DNA of 63,223 nt, the filler included, from Reticulomyxa filosa (taxonomy: Eukaryota; Protista; Foraminifera), in NCBI GenBank assembly GCA_000512085.1. It is 11 parts of 11 records of this genome, joined end to end, with 100 filler letters (N's around TTAATTAATTAA, not from the genome) between each part and the next. Parts side by side here need not be neighbours in the genome. Positions count along the whole stretch, not along the records: positions 1 to 8,866 come from ASPP01018982.1; positions 8,967 to 13,964 come from ASPP01006955.1; 9 more parts are not named here. One strand, written 5' to 3'. The position numbers were made by a program, and so were the translations under genes. This document shows, one piece after another, positions 1 to 13,000 of this stretch; position 1 is the first letter of the stretch, and every line of letters starts with the position of its first letter. Under the pieces are notes generated by a model. That model saw only the letters and a list, made by a program, of their open reading frames with translations, was not told the origin of the DNA and did no database searches.

Positions 1-96
1 AAAAAAAAAAAAACAATGAAACGACATATATACAATATTTAAGAAATTGATGTCAAAAATCAGTAAAGTTTAATTTGAGTTAGTCAAAAGTTCCTT

Positions 97-3000
97 TCAT
101 ATTTTTCTGTTGGTTCGAATGACAAACGCTGCTGTTTCTTTCAACACTGCCACTCTTATTTCAGATTGCCATTCCTTCCTCCCCACCACTAAGTCTTTCA
201 GACTCATGCATGAAGACGAAGAAATGGAAAGCAATTTGTGAACACTTGTCCACAATTTCTCACGCAACAAATTGTAATGTGAACATTTCATCAAGAAATG
301 TTCAACTGATTCTGGTTCTCTGTCACACCATTGAGTATCAGATCTTTGGATTTTGTGTAAATACTTGTTCAGATCTACCTTTCCAGTGATCATCCTGCAA
401 ATCACTCTTCGTTCTCCAACTGCAAGCCGATGAAGAACTGTTCTTTCGAATGATTGCGCTTCTCTAAGGTCTGGTAGAAGTGTCTTTGGGAATTTATGTC
501 GATGAATTTTACTTCCTTCATTAATCCAATGTCGATTCCACTATGCTGTGAATGATATTATCATTTAGAATTGATGCCGTTTTATCAATTGCTTGGAATA
601 TATCATGTTGTTTCAATCCGCAGTTCTTCGTGCTCTCTTTGCGACAATATCTGCATGTTCATTTCCTGGTATTTCAGAATGCCCTTTGATCCAATAGATT
701 TCAGTGACATTCTTGTTGTTAAAAGCCTTGAGAATTCGTTGGTAGTCTCCAATTTGGAATTTGTATTCTTCATGATTCCATTTGTTCATCAGTGAATTGG
801 CGACAAATTTATAATCACACAAAATAATCACTCGATATTGATGCTCCTTGTAATTCTTGTAAACATATTCAAGTGATTGTTTTATTGCTTTGGCTTCACT
901 TCCATAATTTGTTGTTATTCCTTGAATTGGATACTCCAATTCTATACACTGTGGTTGTGTAGGATCTTGGATGACCAATCATGCACCTCCGAATCAGGGT
1001 AGGGAAATGCTTCCATCGCAATATATCACCATACAGTCATCAGTAATAGATACTAATATTTGATCAGTTGTCGGTTCACTGGACTTTGTAAATGGTGATT
1101 TTCTGAATGTGTGAATATTGTCACTTTCATTAGTGGAGATGCAACGTGTCTTTGTGAATCATGCAATGCTTCTAGAATGTACAATTCACCTGCATGAATA
1201 CAACTACGAGACAATGTCGATAACTTGACTGTCCATGTGATGTAATTGGAATTATTTATTAATTTGTGCTTTTTCCATATTTGATAAGCTCTCACTAGAT
1301 TGTGATTGTGGAATCTTACTGACCATTTGATGCATCTTTGATCATTTTTACTTCTTCTTATTGCTGCCTTAATTCGAGCGGAGGTATCTGAGTTATGATA
1401 TTCACTTTGTCATACTTGCATCACTCACAATATTCATGATTGTCCAACCAAGTGGATTTTGAGCATCCCAATCTCCACCAATGATAATATGTTCTGTGAC
1501 TTGTTGTGATACTTTCAGTTCTTCTTCAAATGCTTGAATATTGAACTTAAATTGTTCGTATTTCTCTTCATCTGGAAATCCTTCGTAGATAACTAATTGT
1601 CTTTGGATATTCTTGTAGAAACTGAATAATAAAATTGGCTCCTTTTAACCTGGACACGATATCTGCACACAACATTATTCAAATCCAAATTCTTCAAATT
1701 GATTTAGTATTTTTGAGAAGAATCTTTGAGTTGAATGTAGATATCTTCGACACAAGATTCCTGCTCTTACTGTTTCAATACAATGATAATTGAAGAAAAA
1801 CTGGAACTGGTAATCGATGTTCTTCTTCTTTGATCGAAATCCTTCTTGAAACAAACAAACATGAAGTTGCTTGTCCTTGAAGTTCTGTTCGAGCTTGTGT
1901 TGTTTGGAGTATAATCAGTTGATATCATTTTGAATATTATAATATGATTGATCATTTAATCGATTCTTCTTTATTGTTCGTTTGGGATGGCATTTTCCAC
2001 ATTAAATTGAGACTGAATTCGTTAATTGTCGATCTTAGTTCTGCTATTTCTGCTTTCAACGAATCAATTTCATTTTGTTTTTTCTGATTGCTTATGTTTC
2101 TGTTTTTTTCTGTTGTGAAATTCCTATTCTTTGTTAGTTGTTCTGTTAGTTTTTCTTTTTGTTGGACTTTTTCTTTCCACAATTTCACAATAACATTCTT
2201 TTGTTGCTGATCTTTATTGTCACGTTGTTTAATTTCAATCTTGATGTTCATTGTCTTTTTTGGTGTTTTCTTTTTCAGTATATTCTGTTATTTCCTTGTG
2301 ACTTTAATTCCAAGTTTTTCACTAGTCTTGCGAATCACTTCACAAAGAATAGAATTGCTTGCATAGTTTCATCGACAAATACACATTTATGTTTCTTTAG
2401 ATTGTGCTTGTGTTTGCAATTTGTACATGGGTGTTTGCTAAGACCACATAATTTGCAAATTGCTTTATTCTTAATGCATTCTTTTACGTCGTAGCTGAGA
2501 CTATGTCATTTCTTGTATTGTTTGAAGTATCTTCGATGTCTACTTCGAAGTGGTCAAACAAATCGAATTTCGCTTGTATGTATCCAACAAATAAATTCTA
2601 ATCTTTGATGATTTTTCTAACTTCTTCGTCACTTCCCAATGTCAATTTCAACACTGTAAATCCTTTTAAACACTCCCTTTCTAAGGGTTGTACCCACAAT
2701 CTTTGATTGCTTGCTGTATTCTTGTGATTGTTTCGGTCAAATCCACATTTTTCATCAATATACATCGATTGATGTCTGGATTTTTCATTTCTTCATGTTT
2801 TCTTCACTTGTCAACGTATGTCTTTTGGAATATGTTGCATTTCGTTGTAATTTATATTTATCTTTTGGAATGTTTTTGTTGAAGTATTCTGCAATTTCTT
2901 AAAGTTCTTTTTGCTGCATTTCAACTGAAAAATGAACAAATACAGTTCTCCAATTCATAGACAATGAATTTGCTTGACCAATTGATTTATATTCCCACCA

Positions 3001-3441
3001 AGAAAATTTATAAGATCTGATATATTCATCAAACATCGTTCATTTACTGGCGTAATCACTAATGTTGGTAAGTTCACAAATTAATAATGTCTTTGCGTTT
3101 TCTTGTCTATCTTTTGGACATTTTCAAATTTATTTCTCCATGTTTTTTTCTTCATTCTATTCGCTTTCACTAGAACGGTTATTGACATTATTTGAATACT
3201 GATACTTCTGTTGATATTCAATTATTGCCTTTTTGCTGGCAAATACATTCAACTTATTATCTTCAACTGTTTCTGATAGTCGTCGTTTCCAATGTCCCGA
3301 TGGCCTTCCGGTCTTTATCCAATACTTTTACCAATAAAAAATTATATTTCCAATAAAATTTTTCTTTACAAAATTCCTCGAAGATGTTGAAGTATTTCAA
3401 CACTTCAAACTCCAATTCCCTTCAAAAAACAACTTTTTTAG
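97..3441 (-). mobile_element. Degenerate non-LTR retrotransposon (RNase H-bearing LINE) with the RT core deleted
   Basis: Minus-strand order: 5' region (~3441-3100); ORF1 relic with Cys/His knuckles (KECIKNKAICKLCGLSKHPCTNC, ~2500-2380); APE endonuclease relic (RAGILCRR, LLFSFYKN, IIIVGDWDA, ~1770-1440); post-RT linker (IITQIPPLELR); RNase H (VIYCDGS, ILCD, IYWIKGHSEIPGNEHADIVAK, ~1040-613); C-terminal Zn finger (TGKVDLNKYLHKI...WC...ESVEHFLMKC, 97-405). Many stops and frameshifts. Confidence 0.9.
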
Positions 3442-4277
3442 CCAGTTGAAACAATGATGAAAGCGACTATTTTTTTTTAACTAACATTTTAAACATAATT
3501 GTGTGTTGATGCTTGAGAAAAACTTGTAATTTCAAAAGAAATGATAAAGGATTAAAACATTTAAAAAATGAAACTAAATCTTTCTTTTAAGAATAACAAT
3601 AATATACAAAAATAACTATTTAATTTATTCTGCAATTCATATCTCCAAGTAAACGTTAACTAATGTCTCACTATGAATCTAACACATGATAAATATTCGC
3701 AATTTACATTGAGTGCAAATACAATAAAAATTAAAAATAAACAAGAAACAAAAGTGGCACTATTTTGCCGAGTGCATCACTTTGTGCGAGTCTTTTGTTC
3801 AATGTTAGATGATGGTTGCTGTTGGATTTCCCTGCTACTGGGGCTTGAATACAATGCAATGTGCAAGCATCGATTATATCTGAGCAAAGCCATTTGAAGC
3901 AGTACCGTGTTAAAATAAAAATATTCCTTGCTGAATGTTTTTTCTTTTGAAAGCCCTTTTGTCACGTTTTTTTAAGGCTGTGGCCAACGTAGTCAGTTCT
4001 TCAAAATTCTTCAAGGAATTTTTTACTAGTCAATCTGGATAGCCCTTTTCTGGATTATAAATAAAAGAAGCATTAAAACTTAAGATAAAAGAATTGAGCT
4101 TTTACAACGTAAACAATCCAGCCATTAAGGCTTAGCTTTGTAATCAGTTTTAATTTGGTTATATAAGTATCATCAAAAAAGAAGTTATAAAAAGATATAA
4201 AAATAAAATTTAACTGCAATCGTCATCAAATTTTCATAACTTAAAAATTGTTTGTAGTATATATTGTAGCAAAAACT

Positions 4278-6279
4278 ATGGCACAACATTTGCTATGCTT
4301 TCGTTTGCCGCAATCGTTTGAAGTGCGAGCCAAATATGTCAACACCCGATCGAAGAGAATTGTTTTTAATCTGCGAGATATTACTCAACTTATATTATCA
4401 TATTTATCCTTCGGAGATATATGTTTGTGCTCACAAGTGTCGTTGAATTGGAATGCATTTTGCGACTTCAATTTCCTAACCAGGTTTGGCACACAAGTGA
4501 TGCATAACAACGGAAAAAGAAAAAGTTTTAAAAAAATGGCAACGGTGGTGTGTTTATATTATCGACAGAGAGTGCAAAAAAAGATGGAGCAATAAAGGAA
4601 AGTTGGAATATATAGGAAGGATCGAACACTTTCCTTTTGAAATCCATTCATTCGATAGACAGTGGAAACAAAAATATTAATGAGAGAAGCCATTCAAAAC
4701 TCTTTTGGGTCTTTGTTTTTTTTTGTTTTGTTTTTATTATTATGATTTAAATTTTGTTATTCGAAGTGAATTGCCTATTTAAAACGTTTCTCTGTACAAA
4801 CCGTGCGACTGAAACACAGAGCAAGACAAGGATCCATTTTTGCAAATGAAAACTATCATGACGTTGATGGAAGGTCATCTCGGCAATACAGGATATCAAA
4901 TGGAATGTATGCAATGGGTTGTTCAAATTTTTGATGTTTCGGTGGGATACACTGCAAACAGAGAAGTAAAAACGGGTGAAGTGATTCCTGCAAACATTAA
5001 CATATTGGAAAATCTTAATGCTCACAAAATTCCTCACTGCTCATTCACTTTGGTATCGTGCTTAATTCGGCTACTCAAGGAAAATAAATCCGACCCTCGA
5101 CTTGTCGCATTGATTAGTAAAGTGTTTGGTATTTGGGCTATTCAAGGTACCTTTTCTTTATATATGCACATATATATATGTATGTCTTATTTATTTAAAT
5201 CTCCTTGAAGACAGAAAACATTTTGGAGAAAAAAAAATAAAAAATAAAAAATTAGAGCAAAATCGAAAGCATATTGGCCAAACGGAGGCAATAAAAGTGA
5301 TAAGTGATTGTTTGACACATCATTTTGAACAAGTACAAGAACGCTCGAAAAAGGATATATACGAAACCTCCTACGCTGATATGGTATGCCTATGCAGCAT
5401 CTTATGGTCCCTCGTGGTTGTCGGTAGACCGTTAGGCGGAATTGAAGGGGAAACATATCAAATGAATACAATGAGAAATTGCAATGTTTTGTTATTGAGT
5501 ATGCTAAATATCCATCGTGTTGTGTGCTCAATAATCAAACATTACGTAATCCTAAAGAAAATCAGTGCACACCATACGAGTACTCCAAACTTTTCATTTG
5601 GCTATAACTTCAACAACTGGTCTAATGACAACGAACAAAAATCCGATTATGCTAACTCGATTTTGAGCAAGTGTTATTGGCTTATTGTGAATTTGTCGTT
5701 GATTGATGATGTGAAAAAACATTTGATCGGTAGTGGTTTAATTGAACATATTGTTCAATCTCTGCAATTATATTCAAGCACGACCTACAAAGAGTTGCAA
5801 TACAGAGCCTGTTTTGCTCTGATCAACCTTTGTGTTCGCAGTCCTGCAAAACAACAAATACTGAGACACTGTGGAATTCCATTAATTATTGAAGCCATGA
5901 ATCGTTTTCCAACGTGTTGCTATTTCCAAAAATGTTGTGCCAATCTTATCCGATCGTTGTGTTCCACAAACAGTTTTCACACTGGTATTTAATCGCTCTT
6001 TTTTTATAAATTTGACCAAAAAAGTAACAAAAAATGAAAGTGAAATAAAATATGCCAAATTGGCTTGTTTTTTTAAAAGTGTTGCTATTCGAAAAACGAC
6101 AACGGTTTTTTGGTTCACTGGAAACAGATGATAGTCAAGCTGTTTGCGAAACGATCAAAAAGTACGAAGGCCTGAAAGCGTTACAAAAAATCAACGACAA
6201 TTTCCCTGAACAGCCTAATTTGCAATTTCTGGCAAACACAACTCTGCGTTTCATTAGCTTTGCAACTGCAAGCCACTGA
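4278..6279 (+). CDS. F-box + Armadillo-repeat protein (multi-exon)
   Basis: F-box motif LRDITQLILSYLSFGDICLCSQVSLNW in exon 1. ARM-like repeats LQYRACFALINLC...GIPLIIEAMNRFP...QKCCANLIRSLC and GLKALQKINDNFP. Stop at 6279. Intron boundaries approximate. Confidence 0.75.
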
Positions 6280-6711
6280 AAATCGCAACGCTTATTTAAA
6301 TCCTTCAAACGGATATGTAGCAAAATGCTTTTCAATACAATTTATGTACAGTTTTTTTTCTTCCCTCTCGGCTCTCTTTGCTGCTAGTATTGTGAATCCA
6401 TACTGCAGCTTGTTATTGCAGAACTCTTTCATTTTTTTATTTTATTTTTTTTACAGATTTCTATTTAATAAAAAAAAAGTATAATTTATTTTTAATTTAT
6501 TTAGTCATTATCACCTATGTTATTTGAAAAGGTTTAAATGTTGTTCGAGTTGTTTATCGAAATGTTCACCAAGGGAGTTGCTCGAACATGTAAAAGCCAC
6601 TTATTTAACAAAACTTCATGTGATTATTTCTCTTTTAAAAAAAAATGGAATTTTTGCATTATGTATAATACAAATTTTTGATAAGAAAAACGTTTTCAGA
6701 AATTTAGATTT

Positions 6712-8823
6712 TTAGTAATACAAATTGGAAGTCCTGCTAGAGCTTACTTGCTCAATTTTAATAGGTTGATCTTGGACCAACAGTTTGAGTGGAGTGTTAA
6801 ATTGCAATGGAGACACATGGTTATCATAAGTGACAGCCTGTAATGACCTGCTATTGTTTTGGATTTGAGCAAAAATGTAAAACCAAATGTTTCCGTCAGC
6901 CAAGCTAATATTTACAGCCAGTGAATTTCCCAAGTAATGTATTCCATGAATGTGCAAGAAGGGCATGTTATAAGGTAGATAAGAGCAATTGAGCGACAAA
7001 TAATCATCGAAAATCCGCAATTGAGGATAGCCAAACAATAGAGTCTGCAAGTAGCCACCCGCTCCAGTGATGAAATTAACAGCTCCGCCACCAGAAGCAG
7101 TTTCTGTCCAAATGTTGAACGGAGGCTGAATATTCGCATAATCCAAAGTGAATAATTCATCAGCTTTTGTGTAATTGCCCAACTCTACCCATCCGACGCT
7201 AAACATTGCCTGATAATTTTTTTCAAAAAAAAAAAAAAAGAGACAGTTGAATGAAAATATGAAGGAAGATTGAAATGGAGAAAAAAAAACAATGAAATAC
7301 CCAAGTCATGGCAGGTCCATTTGGATCAGTGACCTTTTCGTAAATGACCAAGTCATTGAGTCGGACATTGCGTGACATAGGAAAGTTTAGCGGAAAGCCT
7401 AACAAAACCACATCCGCTTGCTTGACTTCGATGGAGGGATTGTAGCCGTCGAATTCGGGATGATACATCAACTGGTCATCGAAATCGATTTTAATGGTTT
7501 GAACAAACTGGCTCCATTCCGCAGGTATGGATGCATTCTGTCCAAAGTACGTAAGCAATTGGATGCCGAAATTGATGGTCATCATCGCCGCCACATTGGT
7601 ATAAACGCTATTGTTGACATTCGTGTTGTATTCGTCCGGCCCGATCACGTCAAGAATTTCATAACAATTGCACGTGGCGTTATAAATCGAGCGTGATATC
7701 CAAAAGTCGCAAATGTCATAGATCACAGGTGCGTAGTTGGATATCCATGCATCGTCTTTCGACATTTGATAGTATTGTCGGATTGCCAATGCGATATCTG
7801 CTGATATGTGCACTTCGTATTCGCCTGTCGGTGCAGTTATAGGACACACTTCTATCCCACTCGCTGCCGACTCCCAAGGGAATCTTGCACCTTCATAATT
7901 TGTCAATTGCGCATTTTTCAATGCGCCATCCAAACGCTTATACCTGTAATCCAGTGCCGAGGCCGCCAAGTCGGGTTGCAATATTAATAAAGAGGGATAC
8001 ATCCATGTTTCTTTTTTTTTTTTTTTGTTTAGTGTAACATCCATATTGATCATTAAATACGTATACATGTACGTATACACAACAACAAAATATATATATA
8101 TATATATATATGTACATATATGAAAACCTTGATCCCAAAACATATGTCCATTATATGCATCGCTAGCCAATCCTCCTGGAGACAAGCCAAAGGTCCAATC
8201 TGAACGAATGCTGCTGTAAATGTAATATAAACTAGAATATGTGTTTTTAGCAACTTGTGCAATTTTGGTGTCGTCGTTCAAATAGTCCATGTCAATGCGT
8301 CCGTTTTGCCAAATGAGTTCCCATTGCTGTATGTGAGAGTCTAACAGCGAGCCCAAACTACGGGTATAATTATTCCAGAGCACAGTGGCCAACTTGGCGG
8401 GATTGCTCGACTCCAAACTCGTGGTCAATACGCTGACAAAATATGAGATAAATTTGGGCTGATACGGTGACAGGACTATCGACACTTGGTCATCGAACTT
8501 TGGAGAGGCTGTGATCACGTATACTGACTCCAAAGACATTGTATCCTCACACTCCAAAGTCAAACCGGAATAACAGTTGATATACGTATTGTTGGCATAA
8601 TTGGATATGCCACTTGGACAGTTGGTCAATCCGTAATTCATGTCCGCCGTGTTTGGATTGAGTCCGAGGATGTTGTGGATATTCACTTCGATGCTGTCAT
8701 TATTCTGCGAGTTGTCGATTTCAAATATCGTCAACAATAGGTTGCGATATTGTCGATGTGCCAATACTGTTTGGTTTATCCTTGCTACATTGTCGGCACT
8801 CCAGTATTGCCCAAAGTAACCAT
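6712..8823 (-). CDS. GH65 glycoside hydrolase (PGGHG/ATHL1 acid-trehalase-like), 5' truncated by contig end
   Basis: Motifs GLSPGGL, YNGHMFWDQ/ETWMYP, GARFPWES, EVHISADI, VIGPDEY, VKQADVVLL, GPAMTW/AMF, NFITGAGGYLQ. Removing GT-AG introns 8127-8011 and 7300-7210 restores the split motifs. Confidence 0.93.
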
Positions 8824-8866
8824 CTAATTTCAAAATACGTATCATTCATTTTTTTTTTTTTTTTTT

Positions 8867-8966
8867 NNNNNNNNNNNNNNNNNNNNNNNNNNNNNNNNNN
8901 NNNNNNNNNNTTAATTAATTAANNNNNNNNNNNNNNNNNNNNNNNNNNNNNNNNNNNNNNNNNNNN
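8867..8966. other. Artificial contig linker (first of ten)
   Basis: N44-TTAATTAATTAA-N44, with stops in all six frames. The same linker is at 13965-14064, 25251-25350, 36549-36648, 37880-37979, 45918-46017, 47270-47369, 48944-49043, 51585-51684 and 61932-62031. Confidence 0.98.
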
Positions 8967-9006
<40 letters not shown>

Positions 9007-10154
9007 GTGAGATTGATGAAGAGGACAGTCACAGTGATGGTGTCGACAGTGACAGTGACGACGACGAAGAGACAAAAGAGGAACGTCGTCAATTGAATCA
9101 AAAGATGCGCGAGTTGAGAGCGACCGAGAAAGAGCAGTTGGAAAAGCGGAATGTGCTGCGTGCCAAGTTGGAAGAGGTGATTGGTGGCGCTGACGTCATT
9201 GCCAAATTGGCTGCGCTGCGACACCACGGCAAAGGCAAGGATAAGAATAAAGCTAATCAAGGTAAAGAAGAAGAAGAGGAGGAAGAAGAAGAAGAAAAAG
9301 AAAAAGAAAAAGAAAAAGATGGCAAAGATCACGTCTCCAATCTCAAAGTGTTGGATGTGTCGCAATGGTCGGCCAAACAGGTCGGCCTATGGCTATCTTC
9401 GCTGGGACTGCTGCGTTACCAATCCGACTTTGAATATCAAGGGACCGACGGCAAGAAGTTGCTGCGACTGCGTTACGACGATTTGGGAGACATGTGTCGC
9501 CATAAAGAGGACTCCACTTATTTCTTTCAACGTTTGCAAAAGCTGCAAATGGCCGTTGCGTTTCTGAAAAACAAACCAAAAAAAAAAATAATGATGACAA
9601 AGCAAAATTTTTTCTCCTTTTTTTTTTTTTTTTTTTCCTCCCTAATTTGCAATTTAAAAAAACTCCAAATAGTGGAGAGACGTATATGTGACACTACGCA
9701 AAGAAATGCATTCGACCCGCAAGAAGCAGAAACTGACGGAGCGACAATTGCGCGACTTGGTGATCCGACGAAGGAAGAAGAATAATAACAATAACAACAA
9801 TGGACGTGGAACGGAAGAGAAAGACGAAGAGGAGAAGAAGGAAAAGGAAAAGAGTCATTTGGGAGGAGATGACGGCAGTGGCGGTGATGTGATAGGACAT
9901 CAACCCACTGCATTGCGCACGCTGAATGGAATCAAAGCCAACTTCCGCACGTGGATTTCGAGGAAGTCCAAGTCCACCAACTACGCCGTCACCGACGAGG
10001 TCGACGGTGACGAAGTCGTCCCCAAGTCCAATACATTGGGCATCCTATCGCGCGTGCGAGGCAGTGTTACCGTTAAATCCAAAGACAACAGCAAGTCAGT
10101 TGCTGTCGCAGGCGATCAAAATCACAATGGTCTTGGATCAGGAGATGACAAAGG

Positions 10155-10204
<50 letters not shown>

Positions 10205-11227
10205 GTAATAATCATCTTCAAAGTCCCAAAAAAAATGACGATGGATCCAGTGCTCATCAGAAGAACAACAGTAGCTTAAAAGAGTTTTTGGAAAAATGGT
10301 GGACAAAGGACTCCAAACACACGCAGTCCGTGGAAAAACAACCCGACGCTGGAACAGAGCCAAATCCACAATTACAATTGAATGGAGCAAATGCTCCGAT
10401 GCCGTCGCGTGAGCGTGATCTTGCAGCCAACGACAAAACAAGTGCAACGACGAAAACAGACAGACCCGAAAAACACAATGCTGTGACGAACCCACCGTCC
10501 AAAAAAAGGCCGAAGCCAGAGCCGCCACCGAAACGGACACATCCTTCGTCTAGACATGGTGGTCCCAACGCACACACCAAGTCCAAACCAATGCAACAAG
10601 CCACCAATGACAACAGCAATGACAATGACGATACCAGTGAGGATGAGCTTGGAACTGATGATGATTATGACAATGATAACAATGACGATGATGATGATGA
10701 TGACGATGACGATGATGATGATGACGATGATGATGATGATGATGACGATGATAGTGATGAAGAGGAAGAAGATGATGACAGCGATAATGATGGTGATGAC
10801 GAAGATGACAATGAAAGTGGTAAGCAATATAAACACTACATATATGTATGCATATTTTTTCCTCTCTCCTTTGAATTGATCACCGCTAATCAACTAACAA
10901 TGCAAATACACAAACAAATGACAAAGACTCAAACCGAAACAAAGTAAAAGTAACGAATCACGCAATACGTGCAAACGGTGGCGTGGACAAACATGGTAAT
11001 ACAAAGACAAAGACAAATGCAAATGCAAAGGAAAATGCAAAGGAAAAAGAACAAAATGTACGGTCTCCAAGAGCTTATGGATTTGGCAAACTGTTGACTG
11101 TCGGGACGCACAGTGCTGATAAAGAAGACGGAGGCACCTTTGCTTATGCTCGACGTTTAAGTGCAAGGTTATACTCTTTTTTTTATCCCCTTGAATATTT
11201 GCTTTTAACAATTCATGCACTTTTAAA

Positions 11228-11259
<32 letters not shown>

Positions 11260-11538
11260 GTATACACATATATATGTATATATGTATATAGACTTCAACA
11301 AATGTCAGGCGCGACCAAGAGAATGGACAAAGAGGAATTGCGAGCAACACAGAAAGAAGACTTTGAAAAGGATAGTATTGCACTGGACATGTATCTGGCC
11401 AAAGCGCAAGAAGAGTATGAAACGAATTATCGACAGCAAACAAAGCCACAGAAAAATATATATGATCAGCATCAACAACCCCACTCGAGTCAAAGACACT
11501 CTAGTGTATCTAGAAACAATAATAACAATAACAATAAC

Positions 11539-11575
<37 letters not shown>

Positions 11576-12254
11576 GACGAGACAGTGGAAGTAATGGCAA
11601 CAGTCCTCACAAGCAATTGTCACATCACTCACGTCCTCCGCCCAAACACAACAAACAACCGAGTCATGGTTCCACTCATTTGGAAATGAGCAAAGTTTTG
11701 TTTGGACGATACTTATAGCCACATATATATACACAAAAAGTATCACTTGTTTTATTTGTTTGTTTTGTATGTAAATGAAAATCAAGACGAAAACGAAAGA
11801 GACGAATGGTCGCGTCAATGGGACACAGAACAATGGAAAGCAATATCATCAACATCCATATCAACATCAACACCAGCATCATACGCCCGTGGCGCCTTCA
11901 AGCAATCCAAATGTCCCATTTCCAAACGGGGATTACTACGAACAAATGTACCTCTCCGAGCACATGAATCAGTCCATACCGACGGGCAATCCCAACCCAA
12001 AGACTTCTGCAGCGTCAAGCGTGTTTCGGAAAAAAAGTGTGATGACCAATCGCTCCGACGACAACTATTCCGAAACGGCACGAGACAAGAAAAGAAATAA
12101 CGATAACGGCAATAACAATGACAATGACAATAACGACAAGGATTTGCTCAACATGCTATCTCGAGGTGACGAACTTGCATCGCCTAGCACGCAGCCGAGC
12201 ACGTTGCCAACGAATACAAGCAACACAATTACAAACATGTATATAACAACAAAC

Positions 12255-12306
<52 letters not shown>

Positions 12307-12953
12307 GTAATAACAACTCGAGCGAGCCAATGTATCCCTATAAATACAATATGCATCAAGTCCAACCACAGTTGCAGTTACAATTGCAATTGCAGTTGCA
12401 ATCGCAGCCGCAATCGCAATCGCAATCACAGTCGCAGTCGCAATCACAACCACCGCAACCACAAGCGCGATCACGTCCTCCACCCCCACCGGTGCAAAAG
12501 GACATGTCTCACACCATCAGCATGATCTTCGAAGAAGAGAACACATTGGAAGAGCGCAGGCGAGACAATGATGACAATGATGACAATGACAATGACAATG
12601 ACGAAACCACCCACGAACGCGAACGCGAACACGAACACGAACACGAACATGAACATGATCATGGCCATGGTCATGAACATACGAATGAGAATACCAACGA
12701 ACATACCGATGACGGTGATGACAATAACAATGATGATGACGGTGATGAAAGCATTGAAGACGTATCCCCCTTTACAGCCAACACCACTGGCAAAGCAACA
12801 AGCAATACAAACACGAACACGAATACAAATACAAATACAAATACAAATACAAATGCAAACACAAATAATACCAACAATACCAATACCAATAACACACATT
12901 ACACAGTATCCAGCACCAATGCAATTGTGGGCAATTCCAAAAAAAGTCAGAAC

Positions 12954-13000
<47 letters not shown>

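Noticed and set aside
1-13. Poly-A tail of the LINE
   Set aside because: The element is on the minus strand, where this run reads as poly-T.
8011-8127. YIYIYI, KKKKK and FFFFF peptides inside long ORFs as real protein
   Set aside because: These are stop-free in-frame introns (117 bp here, 108 bp at 17090-17197). Removing this one restores the GH65 FWDQE motif.
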